DNA from: Pirellulales bacterium
Lineage (GTDB): Bacteria; Planctomycetota; Planctomycetia; Pirellulales; UBA1268
Length of the DNA: 64,000 nt
Assembly (NCBI GenBank): GCA_041744595.1
Contig: JBGTKO010000273.1
Span: forward strand, 14,644 to 78,643
Direction: 5' to 3'
Part shown: in pieces, positions 53,001-61,302 of the stretch
Numbering within the stretch: position 1 is the first letter of the stretch
Layout of the letters: every line of letters starts with the position of its first letter
Position numbers and translations under genes: made by a program
The notes under the pieces: model-generated
The model's input: the letters and a program-made list of their open reading frames with translations, nothing else
Told to the model about the DNA's origin: nothing
Databases searched by the model: none

Positions 53001-55193
53001 ATCCGCCGGGCAGTCGAGGCCCGTCTCCGAAGCCTGTCCGCGGTCGGCATGTTCGGCACCGTCAAGGTCGCTCCCGAGGTGCTCACCCTCTATCCGTCGC
53101 TGATCGCTGCCGATTCCCCGACAAGCCGCACTTCGCTGCGGACGACCCGGGGAGTTCCATCCGGGCTGGCGGCCTTGTGGTTCGCCGAATCACTCAGTGG
53201 CATCCCCATCGGTATGGTTCACCGAGTCGGAAATCGTTCTCCCGACGCGGTCGATATCTGGGTGCCGTTGAATGTTGAAGCAGATGGGGGCGAGTCTGGG
53301 GTGTCCTGGAAGGTGGTCGCCGCGCCGACGCTGCCCGGAAATGTGAGCGGACCGAAGGTCATCGACATGATCGTTTGGTTTCGAGGGCACCGCGTCGTGG
53401 TTCCTCTCCCCGTGCTCACAGCGGGAGATGTCCGCACTGTCGAGTGGCAACCGGCCGAACCACGGCCGCCGACGGTCACCGTACGTGGGACCGTGCCCCG
53501 CCAGCGTTCTGTCGCGATTGTCTTCGACTGTTCGGGCAGCATGGGGCAGCGGCTCCTCGACGGTCGCACGCGACTGACAGCGGGCCGCGATGCACTCATG
53601 GGCGTGCTTGAATCCATGTCCAAGGAGGGGGGATGGAACGTATCGCTTTGGCTCTACGGTCATCGGACCGAGTGGTCTCGGAGCCGGGGCGGTCGATACA
53701 CGGCTGGGTTTACGGAGGAGGGCAAGCGGCAGCGGGATACAGCAATCGCCGATGGCAAGCCGTTTCGTTTGGTCCCCGGCAACGATGTCGAGCGAGTCCT
53801 CGACATGCAGCCACTTTCACCGGTTCAGCTCATGCAGATCCGAACCATTCTTGACAGTCAGCGGCCTGGAGGCGAGACACCTCTGTACCGCGCGATCGAC
53901 GAGGTTTTGCGGATCGACTTCGCGACCGCCAATCCGGCACCGGGGCATGTGGTGGTCGTGACCGATGGGGCAAACGAACAGAGCGGCGGCACCATCACGA
54001 CGGCTTCTGACGTGCAGCGGTCCCTGTCACTCGTCAACGTCGGTCGTCGGGAGGAGGATCTCATCCGTATCGATGTGATCGGTTTCGACATGCCTTTTGG
54101 CGGGGACGGCAGGCAGATTCGGATGCAAGATCTCCAGTGTATGGCGGAGGAGAGCAAGGGGGCCTACTTCGACGCGACCGATCCGCGGCGTCTCACGGCG
54201 GCTCTGGAGCGATCGATGCGGTCGCTCCGTTGGCAAGTCCAGAGCCCTGTAACGGGGCGATTGACAGCTTCCTTGGGTGACCCTATCACGCTCCCTCTCC
54301 CCGCCCGAGGCTCTGCCAACACCTACGATGTGCAGATGGAAGCGGGCCAGTTTCCCCGACGTGTGATCGTGTCAGGCGGTGAGGCTTTGGAATTGTTCTT
54401 GGCCACCTCCGGTCGGCTCGAGTTTCGTCGCTATACGGGGGGCTTCGAGCAGGGGCTTCGTGATTCCCATGCCGACCTGCCTGACCCCGCGGATCCAACG
54501 CGGCGCTGGTTCATCGGGGCGCACATGACCCACCGGGAAGGGGCCGATGTCCGATTTCCGATCTCGGTCCAGAACAACTCGGCCGATGGATTTTCGCCGC
54601 GGCCAACGGCCGCGTGGATCGAGGTCACTCCGCGAGGAGATGGAGGGCCGATCGAGCCAGCATACGTGTTCTACGATTTGACGTTCGAGCCGGGGCGACC
54701 AGTTCCGGTGCTGCAACTTCGGGCGACCGACTGGCCTGCCGGTGCCACGATGGCTGAGGTGCGAGCCTGGGTTCGATTTATCGACTGCCCGCCGACGATC
54801 ACGGTCCCGCTATCCTCACTCCCGATCGCGACCGATTCTGTTGTGCCCGTTCCCGGGCTCGAGGGCACCTCCCTTCGCATCCGCGTATCGCGCCACACCG
54901 GCGACAATGAGCTGCGTGTGACGGTCATCGAAGAGCATCCCCCTGCGGTGGATCAGTCAACGCGAAGGCTACGAATCGAAGTGCGGCCCGGTTGCCGGCA
55001 TGCGGTCCATGTCTCCGAACCTGGGGCCGCGAGGATCCGACACGAATTCGTCGTCGGACTTGTCGATGGGTTGCTTCCAGGTGACGTATCCCTCCTGGTA
55101 ACCGATCGCGAGGACATCATTCGCAATGCGGTGGGACCACGTTTCCGTGGTGGGCCAAGCGAACCCTTGATCGTTCCCGTGTCACCGCGGTGA
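50052..55193 (+). CDS. Giant single-pass membrane protein, related to 43640..48583 through a paralogous N-terminal domain: caspase-like domain (Cys kept, His not evident) and C-proximal vWA domain
   Basis: TM helix VWVWLGRILASVLSVVLLGTLIWLLLSL. Caspase-like DMVVVYLGMVG..GLLVVLDGCEAGLGW..LFATSFAEAIVGAADRAPFGNGDGLVQLRELATFL is colinear with the first giant. vWA with intact MIDAS (VAIVFDCSGSMG, GGETPLYRAI, VVVVTDGANEQSG). Confidence 0.85.
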   Translation: MSDPTERSDDPQPPRWQTGPRRGPTSSPRGTGESWRVASEQSSGRRSVWVWLGRILASVLSVVLLGTLIWLLLSLRHPVPLVGGFATAYRAPLPPRALTAEDRRTLERLATAGGGLFEPPSVAWFDASDQLANSAQTRPWDTLTKSVRMVRPGGPDNDMVVVYLGMVGTLDHEGQPCLAMPADGEGPGIRVAELLTDLRDATPASAGLLVVLDGCEAGLGWPLGIADGSFAPAVEAMARSSTIPRTWVLVSAGAGERSHGDPEDGGSLFATSFAEAIVGAADRAPFGNGDGLVQLRELATFLSSEVPRRSRLQFGSTQTPLLIPAFNDARGEDPAIAWAIDQPATGLVGGLRRWFWGSWGLETDASSRRSASVNSIDARGPRWWLAERWAAASRLRAEAVHGHPNRWQRYQQLLMRAEHLLRCGAAASEERIRTETLVERLEVELKTATLVDASRLPSVRINEWSSTPAEMEIAAAWRRDFAETLASVQSTPQKLVPPSTYPRAEWIGRCRAACDWLEIEAPRNPLTPDGLQAWLASLGRSGPDRLPEPIEVHTARMVARHLDDGVWLSAPDLPGRLLRLVGMSRRAALPDDVRSDRAIALVANRKALDEELRRAIDLMLLADPDSVSEARQVAAMLESRYEEIIRLGVAASTTVRLLDTVDDELPWLAAWWVSEARAAVRGDGAQPPAVEWLELLDSVADLRQVVDRSLGVRAEEAVIASIDETVAVLDEARSRTEEALQSLTGGYEAACSELVNAASDSPVTLGRIRRILDIPLLRGRRRIALWERAEALRVIPVPAPSPTEGTLPEPDLRTATAGWISWKDTVVHPVVPILAGDVGGAASLPTEADDVAVAVARQVDAINRQVSLLPETLGRLGKERAAATLADPDKTRADPYLESGDLLARRLASVTCFRNVPDVPSSVHVNFVAAWHDRLTTAASDAIDDFWTGVEPGDGPWYAETAEEFLTAASELVSRSGVSHGTMIRRAVEARLRSLSAVGMFGTVKVAPEVLTLYPSLIAADSPTSRTSLRTTRGVPSGLAALWFAESLSGIPIGMVHRVGNRSPDAVDIWVPLNVEADGGESGVSWKVVAAPTLPGNVSGPKVIDMIVWFRGHRVVVPLPVLTAGDVRTVEWQPAEPRPPTVTVRGTVPRQRSVAIVFDCSGSMGQRLLDGRTRLTAGRDALMGVLESMSKEGGWNVSLWLYGHRTEWSRSRGGRYTAGFTEEGKRQRDTAIADGKPFRLVPGNDVERVLDMQPLSPVQLMQIRTILDSQRPGGETPLYRAIDEVLRIDFATANPAPGHVVVVTDGANEQSGGTITTASDVQRSLSLVNVGRREEDLIRIDVIGFDMPFGGDGRQIRMQDLQCMAEESKGAYFDATDPRRLTAALERSMRSLRWQVQSPVTGRLTASLGDPITLPLPARGSANTYDVQMEAGQFPRRVIVSGGEALELFLATSGRLEFRRYTGGFEQGLRDSHADLPDPADPTRRWFIGAHMTHREGADVRFPISVQNNSADGFSPRPTAAWIEVTPRGDGGPIEPAYVFYDLTFEPGRPVPVLQLRATDWPAGATMAEVRAWVRFIDCPPTITVPLSSLPIATDSVVPVPGLEGTSLRIRVSRHTGDNELRVTVIEEHPPAVDQSTRRLRIEVRPGCRHAVHVSEPGAARIRHEFVVGLVDGLLPGDVSLLVTDREDIIRNAVGPRFRGGPSEPLIVPVSPR

Positions 55194-55376
55194 AAATGGT
55201 GAGCTTTGCGCTCGGCAAAATCGCCTGGGCCATCGACCAACTCGACAAGAAGGGGCCGCCCAAGCCGCGCCCGCCTCGCATCTTGCCAGCATGACTCGAA
55301 CGATCTTGACGGCTGCACGTCCGGGTCGCTAATCCTCCAGGCGTTGCCATGCCCCGGCTTTGCCCCCCAGGCCGCC

Positions 55377-56417
55377 ATGAAGTCGAGACAGCGAGGCTGT
55401 GCCGCACCAACCCTGTCTTGGCTGCCTCGGCGGTCACGGCCTCCGGTATGTCTCCATCTCTCGGCAGCAGGGCTGATGGTTTTGTCCCTGGGGTTCCGCG
55501 CGGCCGTTCGGGCTAACGACATCGATCTCCTGCCGCCGGTCATGGCCGACCTCGTGGAACTGCCACCGTCTATCACGGAGCAACGGGGAGCCTGGACCGA
55601 TCCTGCAGTCTCGAGCCCGCGGCCATGGACGCGGTTGCTCGCCACCATCATGCCCGTGAGCGAGGACCGCTGGCGGTCACTCGAGCCGACGACCATTCGG
55701 GATCCAGGGCCCGATACGGCAGATTTCCCAAATAGCCCCTTTACGCTTCCTCGGGGTGGCATCTACATCGAGACGAGCCCGGTCTATTACGAGAGTGCCG
55801 TTCGAGACGCGAGCCCCGCCACCTACACATGGGAGTACCTGCTTCGTTTCGGACTGACCGACAACTTCGAGTTTCGACTCTACGGCAACGGGCTGACCGT
55901 CCTCATTCCACCCGTTGGTGCGCCGCCGGGCAGTGGAGACGTCGGTTTTGCTCCGCTGGTGTTCGATGGCAAAGTTCATCTCTGGGATCAGCCGAAGGGG
56001 GGCTGGATGCCGGCCACTGGCATCGAGGTGTATGTTCAAAGTGATTTCGCCAGCGAGTTCCTCCAGCAGGGCACGCAGCCTGGTGTGATGATGCTCTTCG
56101 ATTGGAAGATCACCGAGTCGGTCACATTCGAGTTGAACGCCGGCGTTGTAAGTCAAGTGACTCGGCGAGACACGCTTGTGTACTCCGAGGCTATCCAGTT
56201 CTCGCTGGGCCGTGACTTTGGCGAGGATCTCGAGCTTTTCATTCATGGATTCCAAGGACAGGCGGCCTTGCCGCGAGGCGTGTCCGAATCGGCGATCGGC
56301 GGGGGATTCAAGCGGTCCTTCGGTGACCGCTTGGCCCTCTTTGGCAGTTGGAATGCCGGATTTGATCGGGTCGGTCCAGCCACGATCTTCTACGTGGGGG
56401 GCGCCGGCGCGTTCTAA
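55377..56417 (+). CDS. Putative outer-membrane beta-barrel protein (MetA-pathway/transporter-like family)
   Basis: ATG at 55377 in frame within ORF 55206..56417, with a signal-like N-terminus. SPFTLPRGGIYIETSPVYY, alternating beta-strand pattern (YLLRFGLTDNFEFRLYGNG, GIEVYVQSDF, FELNAGVVSQV). C-terminal aromatic ending YVGGAGAF. Confidence 0.65.
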   Translation: MKSRQRGCAAPTLSWLPRRSRPPVCLHLSAAGLMVLSLGFRAAVRANDIDLLPPVMADLVELPPSITEQRGAWTDPAVSSPRPWTRLLATIMPVSEDRWRSLEPTTIRDPGPDTADFPNSPFTLPRGGIYIETSPVYYESAVRDASPATYTWEYLLRFGLTDNFEFRLYGNGLTVLIPPVGAPPGSGDVGFAPLVFDGKVHLWDQPKGGWMPATGIEVYVQSDFASEFLQQGTQPGVMMLFDWKITESVTFELNAGVVSQVTRRDTLVYSEAIQFSLGRDFGEDLELFIHGFQGQAALPRGVSESAIGGGFKRSFGDRLALFGSWNAGFDRVGPATIFYVGGAGAF

Positions 56418-56461
56418 GCCTGCCTGAAATCCACCGATGGCTCTCGTCCGCTCACGGCCCA

Positions 56462-57355
56462 GTGCCCACGTTCATCGTACTCCTCATGGCCGTCCTCTGG
56501 ACGCGGTGTCCCGGTCGACTCTCCAGCTTCATGGAGCCATGGACCTTCGTGCTCCTTCTCGGCACGGTCGCTGCAACAGGCATTCCACAGGATGCATCAG
56601 GACAGGCTCCCTTGGAAGATCTCTTCGAGTGGCGAGCCCGGGATCCAAACGAATCATTCGAGTCTCCGGCGAGACTCCTCAAGCCGGCCTGGCTCGCGGA
56701 CCACGGCGCCGGGATCGTGGGCTGGGTGGAGTTCGGAATCGGCAGCAACAGCCTGGGCAGTGACTTTAATGGCCCCGTCGCGCTCAATGATCGGGCCTGG
56801 CAGGGAATGCTCCAGCAGCTCGGACTGATCGGCCATAAACCGCTCACCGATGAATTCGCATGGGGAGCCCGAGTCGATCTCCTCTATGGCACAGACTGGT
56901 GGACCGCCGTCGCCCGCGGCTCGAGAGCGAGGATCGTCAACGTCAGTTCGCCTTCGCCCTGACCACCGGCAACGAATACACGCCGCGAATCGACGACTCC
57001 GGCCAGCCGGCTCCGCCAAGCGTCGGCAATCTGACCATGTACACCGTCTATGGCGTTGTCGGGATCACCGAGCGGATCACCTGTGCCATCGAGCATTCGA
57101 ACGCCTGGCAGTTCCATGCCGACACCGGGTTCGCCAATGCAGGACAGCTCCCCGGGCTTGCCCAGGGGCCTGAATTGGGTCGCCAATCCCAATTGGACCG
57201 TCCGGCCACAGCTCCGCTACGACTGGTTCACACCCGACGCGTATGGTTCTGGCGCCTTGCCATTCGGTACGATCAGCACGCGAACGAATGGCGTGGTCAC
57301 GGGAGATGCTTATGGGCAGCTTTACGGTGGCTGTGACGTCGTCGCCCAGTTCTAG
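56462..57355 (+). pseudogene. Porin-like outer-membrane beta-barrel gene disrupted by two compensating frameshifts or stops
   Basis: Frame of 56462: signal peptide, then WVEFGIGSNSLGSDFNG and ARVDLLYGTDWWTAVARG, then stops at 56960 and ~57032. The same frame resumes with GLNWVANPNWTVRPQLRYDWF...GGCDVVAQF (terminal Phe). The middle part (~56940-57165) reads sensibly only in the frame of ORF 56860..57336 (FAFALTTGNEYTP..LTMYTVYGVVGI). Confidence 0.45.
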
Positions 57356-57376
57356 CCAATGGCGGACTGTGGGCGT

Positions 57377-57916
57377 TCATTCTGCCGCAACCACATCGAC
57401 CTCCATCGCTGCAAGTCGTTTGTAGATGTGGAGTTGGTCTTTGAGGAGCCAACCGTCGAAACCGAGTCGCTCGATGGGCACCCACAGGGCGACCCAGCCA
57501 GCGATCACGAACGCTTCCCCCACGATGTCATTGAGGTAGCTGTCGGGATAGAGTCGGCTCAACACGGAGTGGAGGGTCAGGAGGATGGTCATCATGGTCA
57601 GTCCGAGGGAAAGCCAACGGATCATCCGGATTCTGTTTCGTTTGTGTTTCCGTTCCAGCAAGCCGGCCTCGTAGCTGAAGAAGTTGCGGACGGCTTCCTG
57701 TGTCTCGGCCTCGGTCGCCTCGGGGTCCGTGCCATCGGTCACGCTGACCTGGAGGCAGAGCGGCGCCTTCGCCGGCGCGTCAGACGCCCATTGGACGATG
57801 TGCTCGACAGCACGGGGATCGAGATCCCTCTGACGAAAGGGGGAAGGGTCGAGGGCGCTATAGAGTGCATCGAGGGAGTCCACGCGGACGTCGATACGAA
57901 AGGGTTTGTGATCCAT
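57377..57916 (-). CDS. Hypothetical two-TM membrane protein downstream of the Ca2+/H+ antiporter gene
   Basis: 179 aa with a soluble N-terminal half. TM helices IRWLSLGLTMMTILLTLHSVL and IVGEAFVIAGWVALWVPI. The overlapping plus-strand ORF has an implausible composition. Confidence 0.55.
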   Translation of the reverse strand: MDHKPFRIDVRVDSLDALYSALDPSPFRQRDLDPRAVEHIVQWASDAPAKAPLCLQVSVTDGTDPEATEAETQEAVRNFFSYEAGLLERKHKRNRIRMIRWLSLGLTMMTILLTLHSVLSRLYPDSYLNDIVGEAFVIAGWVALWVPIERLGFDGWLLKDQLHIYKRLAAMEVDVVAAE

Positions 57917-58028
57917 CGAGACAGGCTACGCGGGGTACATCATGCATGAAGGAACGACAGAGATCTGCTGCCAACGCCGCCTCGTGCAATGCCAGCACCC
58001 GGAGTTCCCCGCCTGGCTGAACGGGCAC

Positions 58029-59162
58029 TCAGGGCTGGCCCAACACGGATGGAACCGTGCTCGTGCGGTCCATCTGCATGGCGGCGTCAGGGACGTGGTA
58101 GAAGCCGACGGCGAGGATAACGTAGGTGGCCAACAGCAGAAAGCCCTCGATCCACGTGGTCCGCCCGTCGGAAATGATCTCGCGGGCGAGGAAGATCGAT
58201 AACACGATGGCTACCACCTCGAACACCGAGAAGCACAGATTCATCGGCTCGCCCATCGCGATGCCGCCAAGAACGAGCAGCGGAGCCACGAGGAGCACCA
58301 TCTGGATCGTGGAACCGACCGTCGCGGCGAGCACCAGTTCTTGGCGACCTGCCCGAGCGAAACGGATCGCCGTGAAAACCTCGCCGACGCCGCCGACGCC
58401 TCCCAGGAGTACGATGCCGCTGAACGTGTCGGAGAGGCCCAGGGAACGGGCCGTAGGAACCAGCGCATCGGCAAGTGCATCGCTGACGAGCGCCAGCCCG
58501 CAAGCTCCCAGGACGAGCGCCGCCGCTGGTCTCCAGATCGGAATGGCCGGATCGACGAGATCCTCTCGTCCTTCCGGCGTGATGCTGTCATGTCGGCGAC
58601 CGAGAAGGTTGACCGTGACGTTCATCACATAGATTGCCAGAAAGATGAACGACAACTCCACCGAGAGGCCCCTTGAGGCATCGGGTGCGTGGAGGCGAAA
58701 CACGGCGGGGACGATGAAACAACATCCACACATGAGGAGCATCGAGCCGCTCATCTTGAGCCGCTTCCGATCGAACCGGCTGCTACCATGCTTGAGTCCC
58801 CCTATGAGGAGGGCAGCTCCGAGCCCCACGAGGAGGTTCACGAGAATCGAGCCGGTAAGCGAGGCCTTCACTACCGAACTGAGGCCGTTCCGCAAAGCCA
58901 CCAAGCCAATGATCAGCTCGGGCGCATTGGTCAGCGTGGAATTGAGAAGTCCGCCGATGACGGGACCGAATCGCGAGGCGAGCCGTTCCGTCGCTGTGCC
59001 CATGAATTCCACCAGAGGCACGATTGCTGCAAGCGCAACCGCGAACACGAGCGTGGGCGAGGCCTCGACGCCTCGCAGGATGAGGACCACGGGCACCAAC
59101 AGGAGCATGAAGCGAATGAACATGGTGCATGAAGCTACCATCAGAACCGCAGGATTGCCCAT
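58029..59162 (-). CDS. Ca2+/H+ antiporter (CaCA family, Cax/ChaA-like)
   Basis: Alpha-repeat motifs GGLLNSTLTNAPELIIGLVALRNG and a second repeat LLGGVGGVGEVFTAIRFARAG. About 11 hydrophobic helices. The start is uncertain (59162, 59141 or 59123; the ORF runs to 59270). Confidence 0.85.
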   Translation of the reverse strand: MGNPAVLMVASCTMFIRFMLLLVPVVLILRGVEASPTLVFAVALAAIVPLVEFMGTATERLASRFGPVIGGLLNSTLTNAPELIIGLVALRNGLSSVVKASLTGSILVNLLVGLGAALLIGGLKHGSSRFDRKRLKMSGSMLLMCGCCFIVPAVFRLHAPDASRGLSVELSFIFLAIYVMNVTVNLLGRRHDSITPEGREDLVDPAIPIWRPAAALVLGACGLALVSDALADALVPTARSLGLSDTFSGIVLLGGVGGVGEVFTAIRFARAGRQELVLAATVGSTIQMVLLVAPLLVLGGIAMGEPMNLCFSVFEVVAIVLSIFLAREIISDGRTTWIEGFLLLATYVILAVGFYHVPDAAMQMDRTSTVPSVLGQP

Positions 59163-59609
59163 CAAAAACCCGATTCGAACAAAGTTCAAACAGTTCGGGC
59201 AAACGGGAAAATCCATGCGATTGGACTGATGCTCAAAAGGCCCCAAAGGCTCAGGGCATTTTCTGCTCACGCGACCGGCTCCACGATCGCGGCAGTGATC
59301 TCCTCCGAGAGAGCAACCACTGGAACTCGGCTCTGGCTCGAACTATTCTTCGGAACGAGGATGATTGGATGCCTCGAGAAAAATGGTCACGGGCGCGCTC
59401 GACCGGCAGCGAATAGATCGATCACAAACCCTATCCCTTGGTGAGAGGCTTCGATGAGACGACCAGCTTGCCATGCCGCCACGAGTTGGAACCTCGAGAA
59501 ATTCACGATTCCACCTGCGAGGGGGCAGGCTTCCATGATGCAAGGCGGGATCGGTCCTGGTCGGTCAATGAACGGTTCCTGATGTCTGGACGGCGGAGAC
59601 TGACTCGGT

Positions 59610-60575
59610 ATGACGATCCTCTTTCTTCTGCTCGGGATGGCGATGCTCATGGAGGGCGGTCGCCGGCTCGTCGATGCCGCGAGTATCTTCGCCAAACGTC
59701 TGGGCGTTCCTCCGCTGCTCGTCGGTCTCACGCTTGTCGCGTGGGGAACGTCGGCGCCCGAGTTGGCGCTCAACCTCTCGGCCGCCTTCCAGGATCGCTC
59801 CTCGCTCGTCTTTGGGAACATTGTCGGGGCGAACATCTGCAACCTGGGCCTCGTGCTCGGCGTGTGCGCGATCGTGCATCCGTTGAGCTGTGAAGTGAGC
59901 ATCGTCCGACGCGAGATGCCGCTGACGCTGATCATGCTTGGCGGCATGGGGTTGCTCGCGCTCGCGCCGCTCCCCACGCCGTGGCATCTTGGTCGCGTCG
60001 AAGGGGCCGTTCTCCTCGGGGCGTTCCTGCTCTACACGATTGCCACGATCCGCTCCGCATATGACGTCACCGAGCCACCGACAGACGCCGCCGCGGAAGA
60101 GCCGTCTGGCTCCGAAGCAGAGCGGCCCACGTGGCTGCTCCTGACATTTTTCTTCGTTGGCGTCGCATTGCTGACAGTCGGCGGCAACGTCGCTTCCGAG
60201 GCGGCGTGCCAGTTGGCACGTCAGCTCGGCATGAGCGACAAGACGATCGGCCTGACCATCCTGGCCATTGGCACGACGCTGCCGGAACTGGCGACTTCGG
60301 TCATGGCGATCCGAGCACGACAAGTTGATCTGGCCGTCGGAAACGCCCTCGGTTCCTGCCTCGTCAACGTAGGCCTCGTCTGTAGCATCGCGACGATGAT
60401 CGCCCCCTACGACCTCCCGCATGGGGCCGCCCGAGCCCTTCTGGTCATGATCGGATTGGCAGTCGTGCTCGTCGTGATGATGCGGCTTGAGCGCGGCTAC
60501 GTCCGACGGCCCGCGGGAGTCATTCTTCTCGCGGCGTATGTCGCCTCGGTGGCCTATGAGCTCGTCGCTGGGTAA
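59610..60575 (+). CDS. Na+/Ca2+ exchanger family protein (YrbG-like CaCA)
   Basis: Alpha-1 motif LVAWGTSAPELALNLSAA and alpha-2 motif ILAIGTTLPELATSVMAIR. 321 aa with ~10 TM helices. Confidence 0.9.
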   Translation: MTILFLLLGMAMLMEGGRRLVDAASIFAKRLGVPPLLVGLTLVAWGTSAPELALNLSAAFQDRSSLVFGNIVGANICNLGLVLGVCAIVHPLSCEVSIVRREMPLTLIMLGGMGLLALAPLPTPWHLGRVEGAVLLGAFLLYTIATIRSAYDVTEPPTDAAAEEPSGSEAERPTWLLLTFFFVGVALLTVGGNVASEAACQLARQLGMSDKTIGLTILAIGTTLPELATSVMAIRARQVDLAVGNALGSCLVNVGLVCSIATMIAPYDLPHGAARALLVMIGLAVVLVVMMRLERGYVRRPAGVILLAAYVASVAYELVAG

Positions 60576-60584
60576 GGCACGGGC

Positions 60585-60884
60585 CTATGGAACGACGAGT
60601 TTGCCGAGCTCTTCCACGATCCCCGATCGGATCTTTCCGGCGAACAGGCTCGCGAGCAATGGCACCGAGAGTTTAGCGACAAGCTCCGTTGATCGGACAT
60701 CGATCTCACCGTTGAACTTCATTCCCTTCACCACCAGAAATATTCGCAGCCGATCGTCGCCCTCCCATGTGGTCTGGAGCTGGCTGATGCTTCCGGCATG
60801 TTCCGACCGCGCTCGCGCCGCGGCCTCATCGAGCCGGTGGCGAACTTCGTCCTTCGCGAGGCTGTGGGGTATCCTGACTTCCAA
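60585..60884 (-). CDS. Polyhydroxyalkanoic-acid-system family protein (small, PHA_gran_rgn-like)
   Basis: 99 aa with a TTG start after AGAAAG. The pattern EVRIPHSLAKDEVRHRLDEAA...TTWEGDDRLRIFLVVKGMKFNGEIDVRSTELVAKLSVPLLASLFAGKIRSGIVEEL matches my memory of this family. Confidence 0.6.
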   Translation of the reverse strand: MEVRIPHSLAKDEVRHRLDEAAARARSEHAGSISQLQTTWEGDDRLRIFLVVKGMKFNGEIDVRSTELVAKLSVPLLASLFAGKIRSGIVEELGKLVVP

Positions 60885-60951
60885 CGTCTTTCTCTCGCGT
60901 ATACCGTCTCGCGACCTGACCGGTCTCTGGGCTCAACACGTCATCGCCACT

Positions 60952-61302
60952 TCAGGTGGCGGCTGACTCCGGGCTCGGTGCTCCGCTGAGGATCGCATCG
61001 ACCTTGTTCCGGGCCGCCCGCGAACCATCGATCAGCCCATGGACGAACGGGTTGTTCTGCGGCACTGAAAGGGCAACGAGAGCCATCGGGAATACAACCC
61101 CGTACGCCACCGCGTACGACGTCGTGTAGAGAACACGATTGGCGAAAAGGCCAACCTTCGGGAGGGCCTTCCCGGCTGCATCGCGTGCCGCGGTCGCACC
61201 CTGGCTGACAGACTCTGCCGCCGACTGCATGGCGTCGGCGACCGCCCCAAGGGCGTCGTGTCCGGTGTTGCTTGCTGCGTCAGCAGTTTGTTGCTCGGTC
61301 AT
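60952..61302 (-). CDS. Small hypothetical membrane protein
   Basis: The ATG at 61302 is preceded by GGAGAG. An Ala-rich N-terminal half is followed by one or two hydrophobic helices (VLYTTSYAVAYGVVFPMALVALSV). Confidence 0.55.
   Translation of the reverse strand: MTEQQTADAASNTGHDALGAVADAMQSAAESVSQGATAARDAAGKALPKVGLFANRVLYTTSYAVAYGVVFPMALVALSVPQNNPFVHGLIDGSRAARNKVDAILSGAPSPESAAT

Noticed and set aside
55206-55376. Upstream extension of the OM barrel ORF (start at 55206)
   Set aside because: The extension is Arg/Ser/Pro-rich and has no signal-peptide character. The ATG at 55377 gives a basic n-region followed by a hydrophobic stretch.
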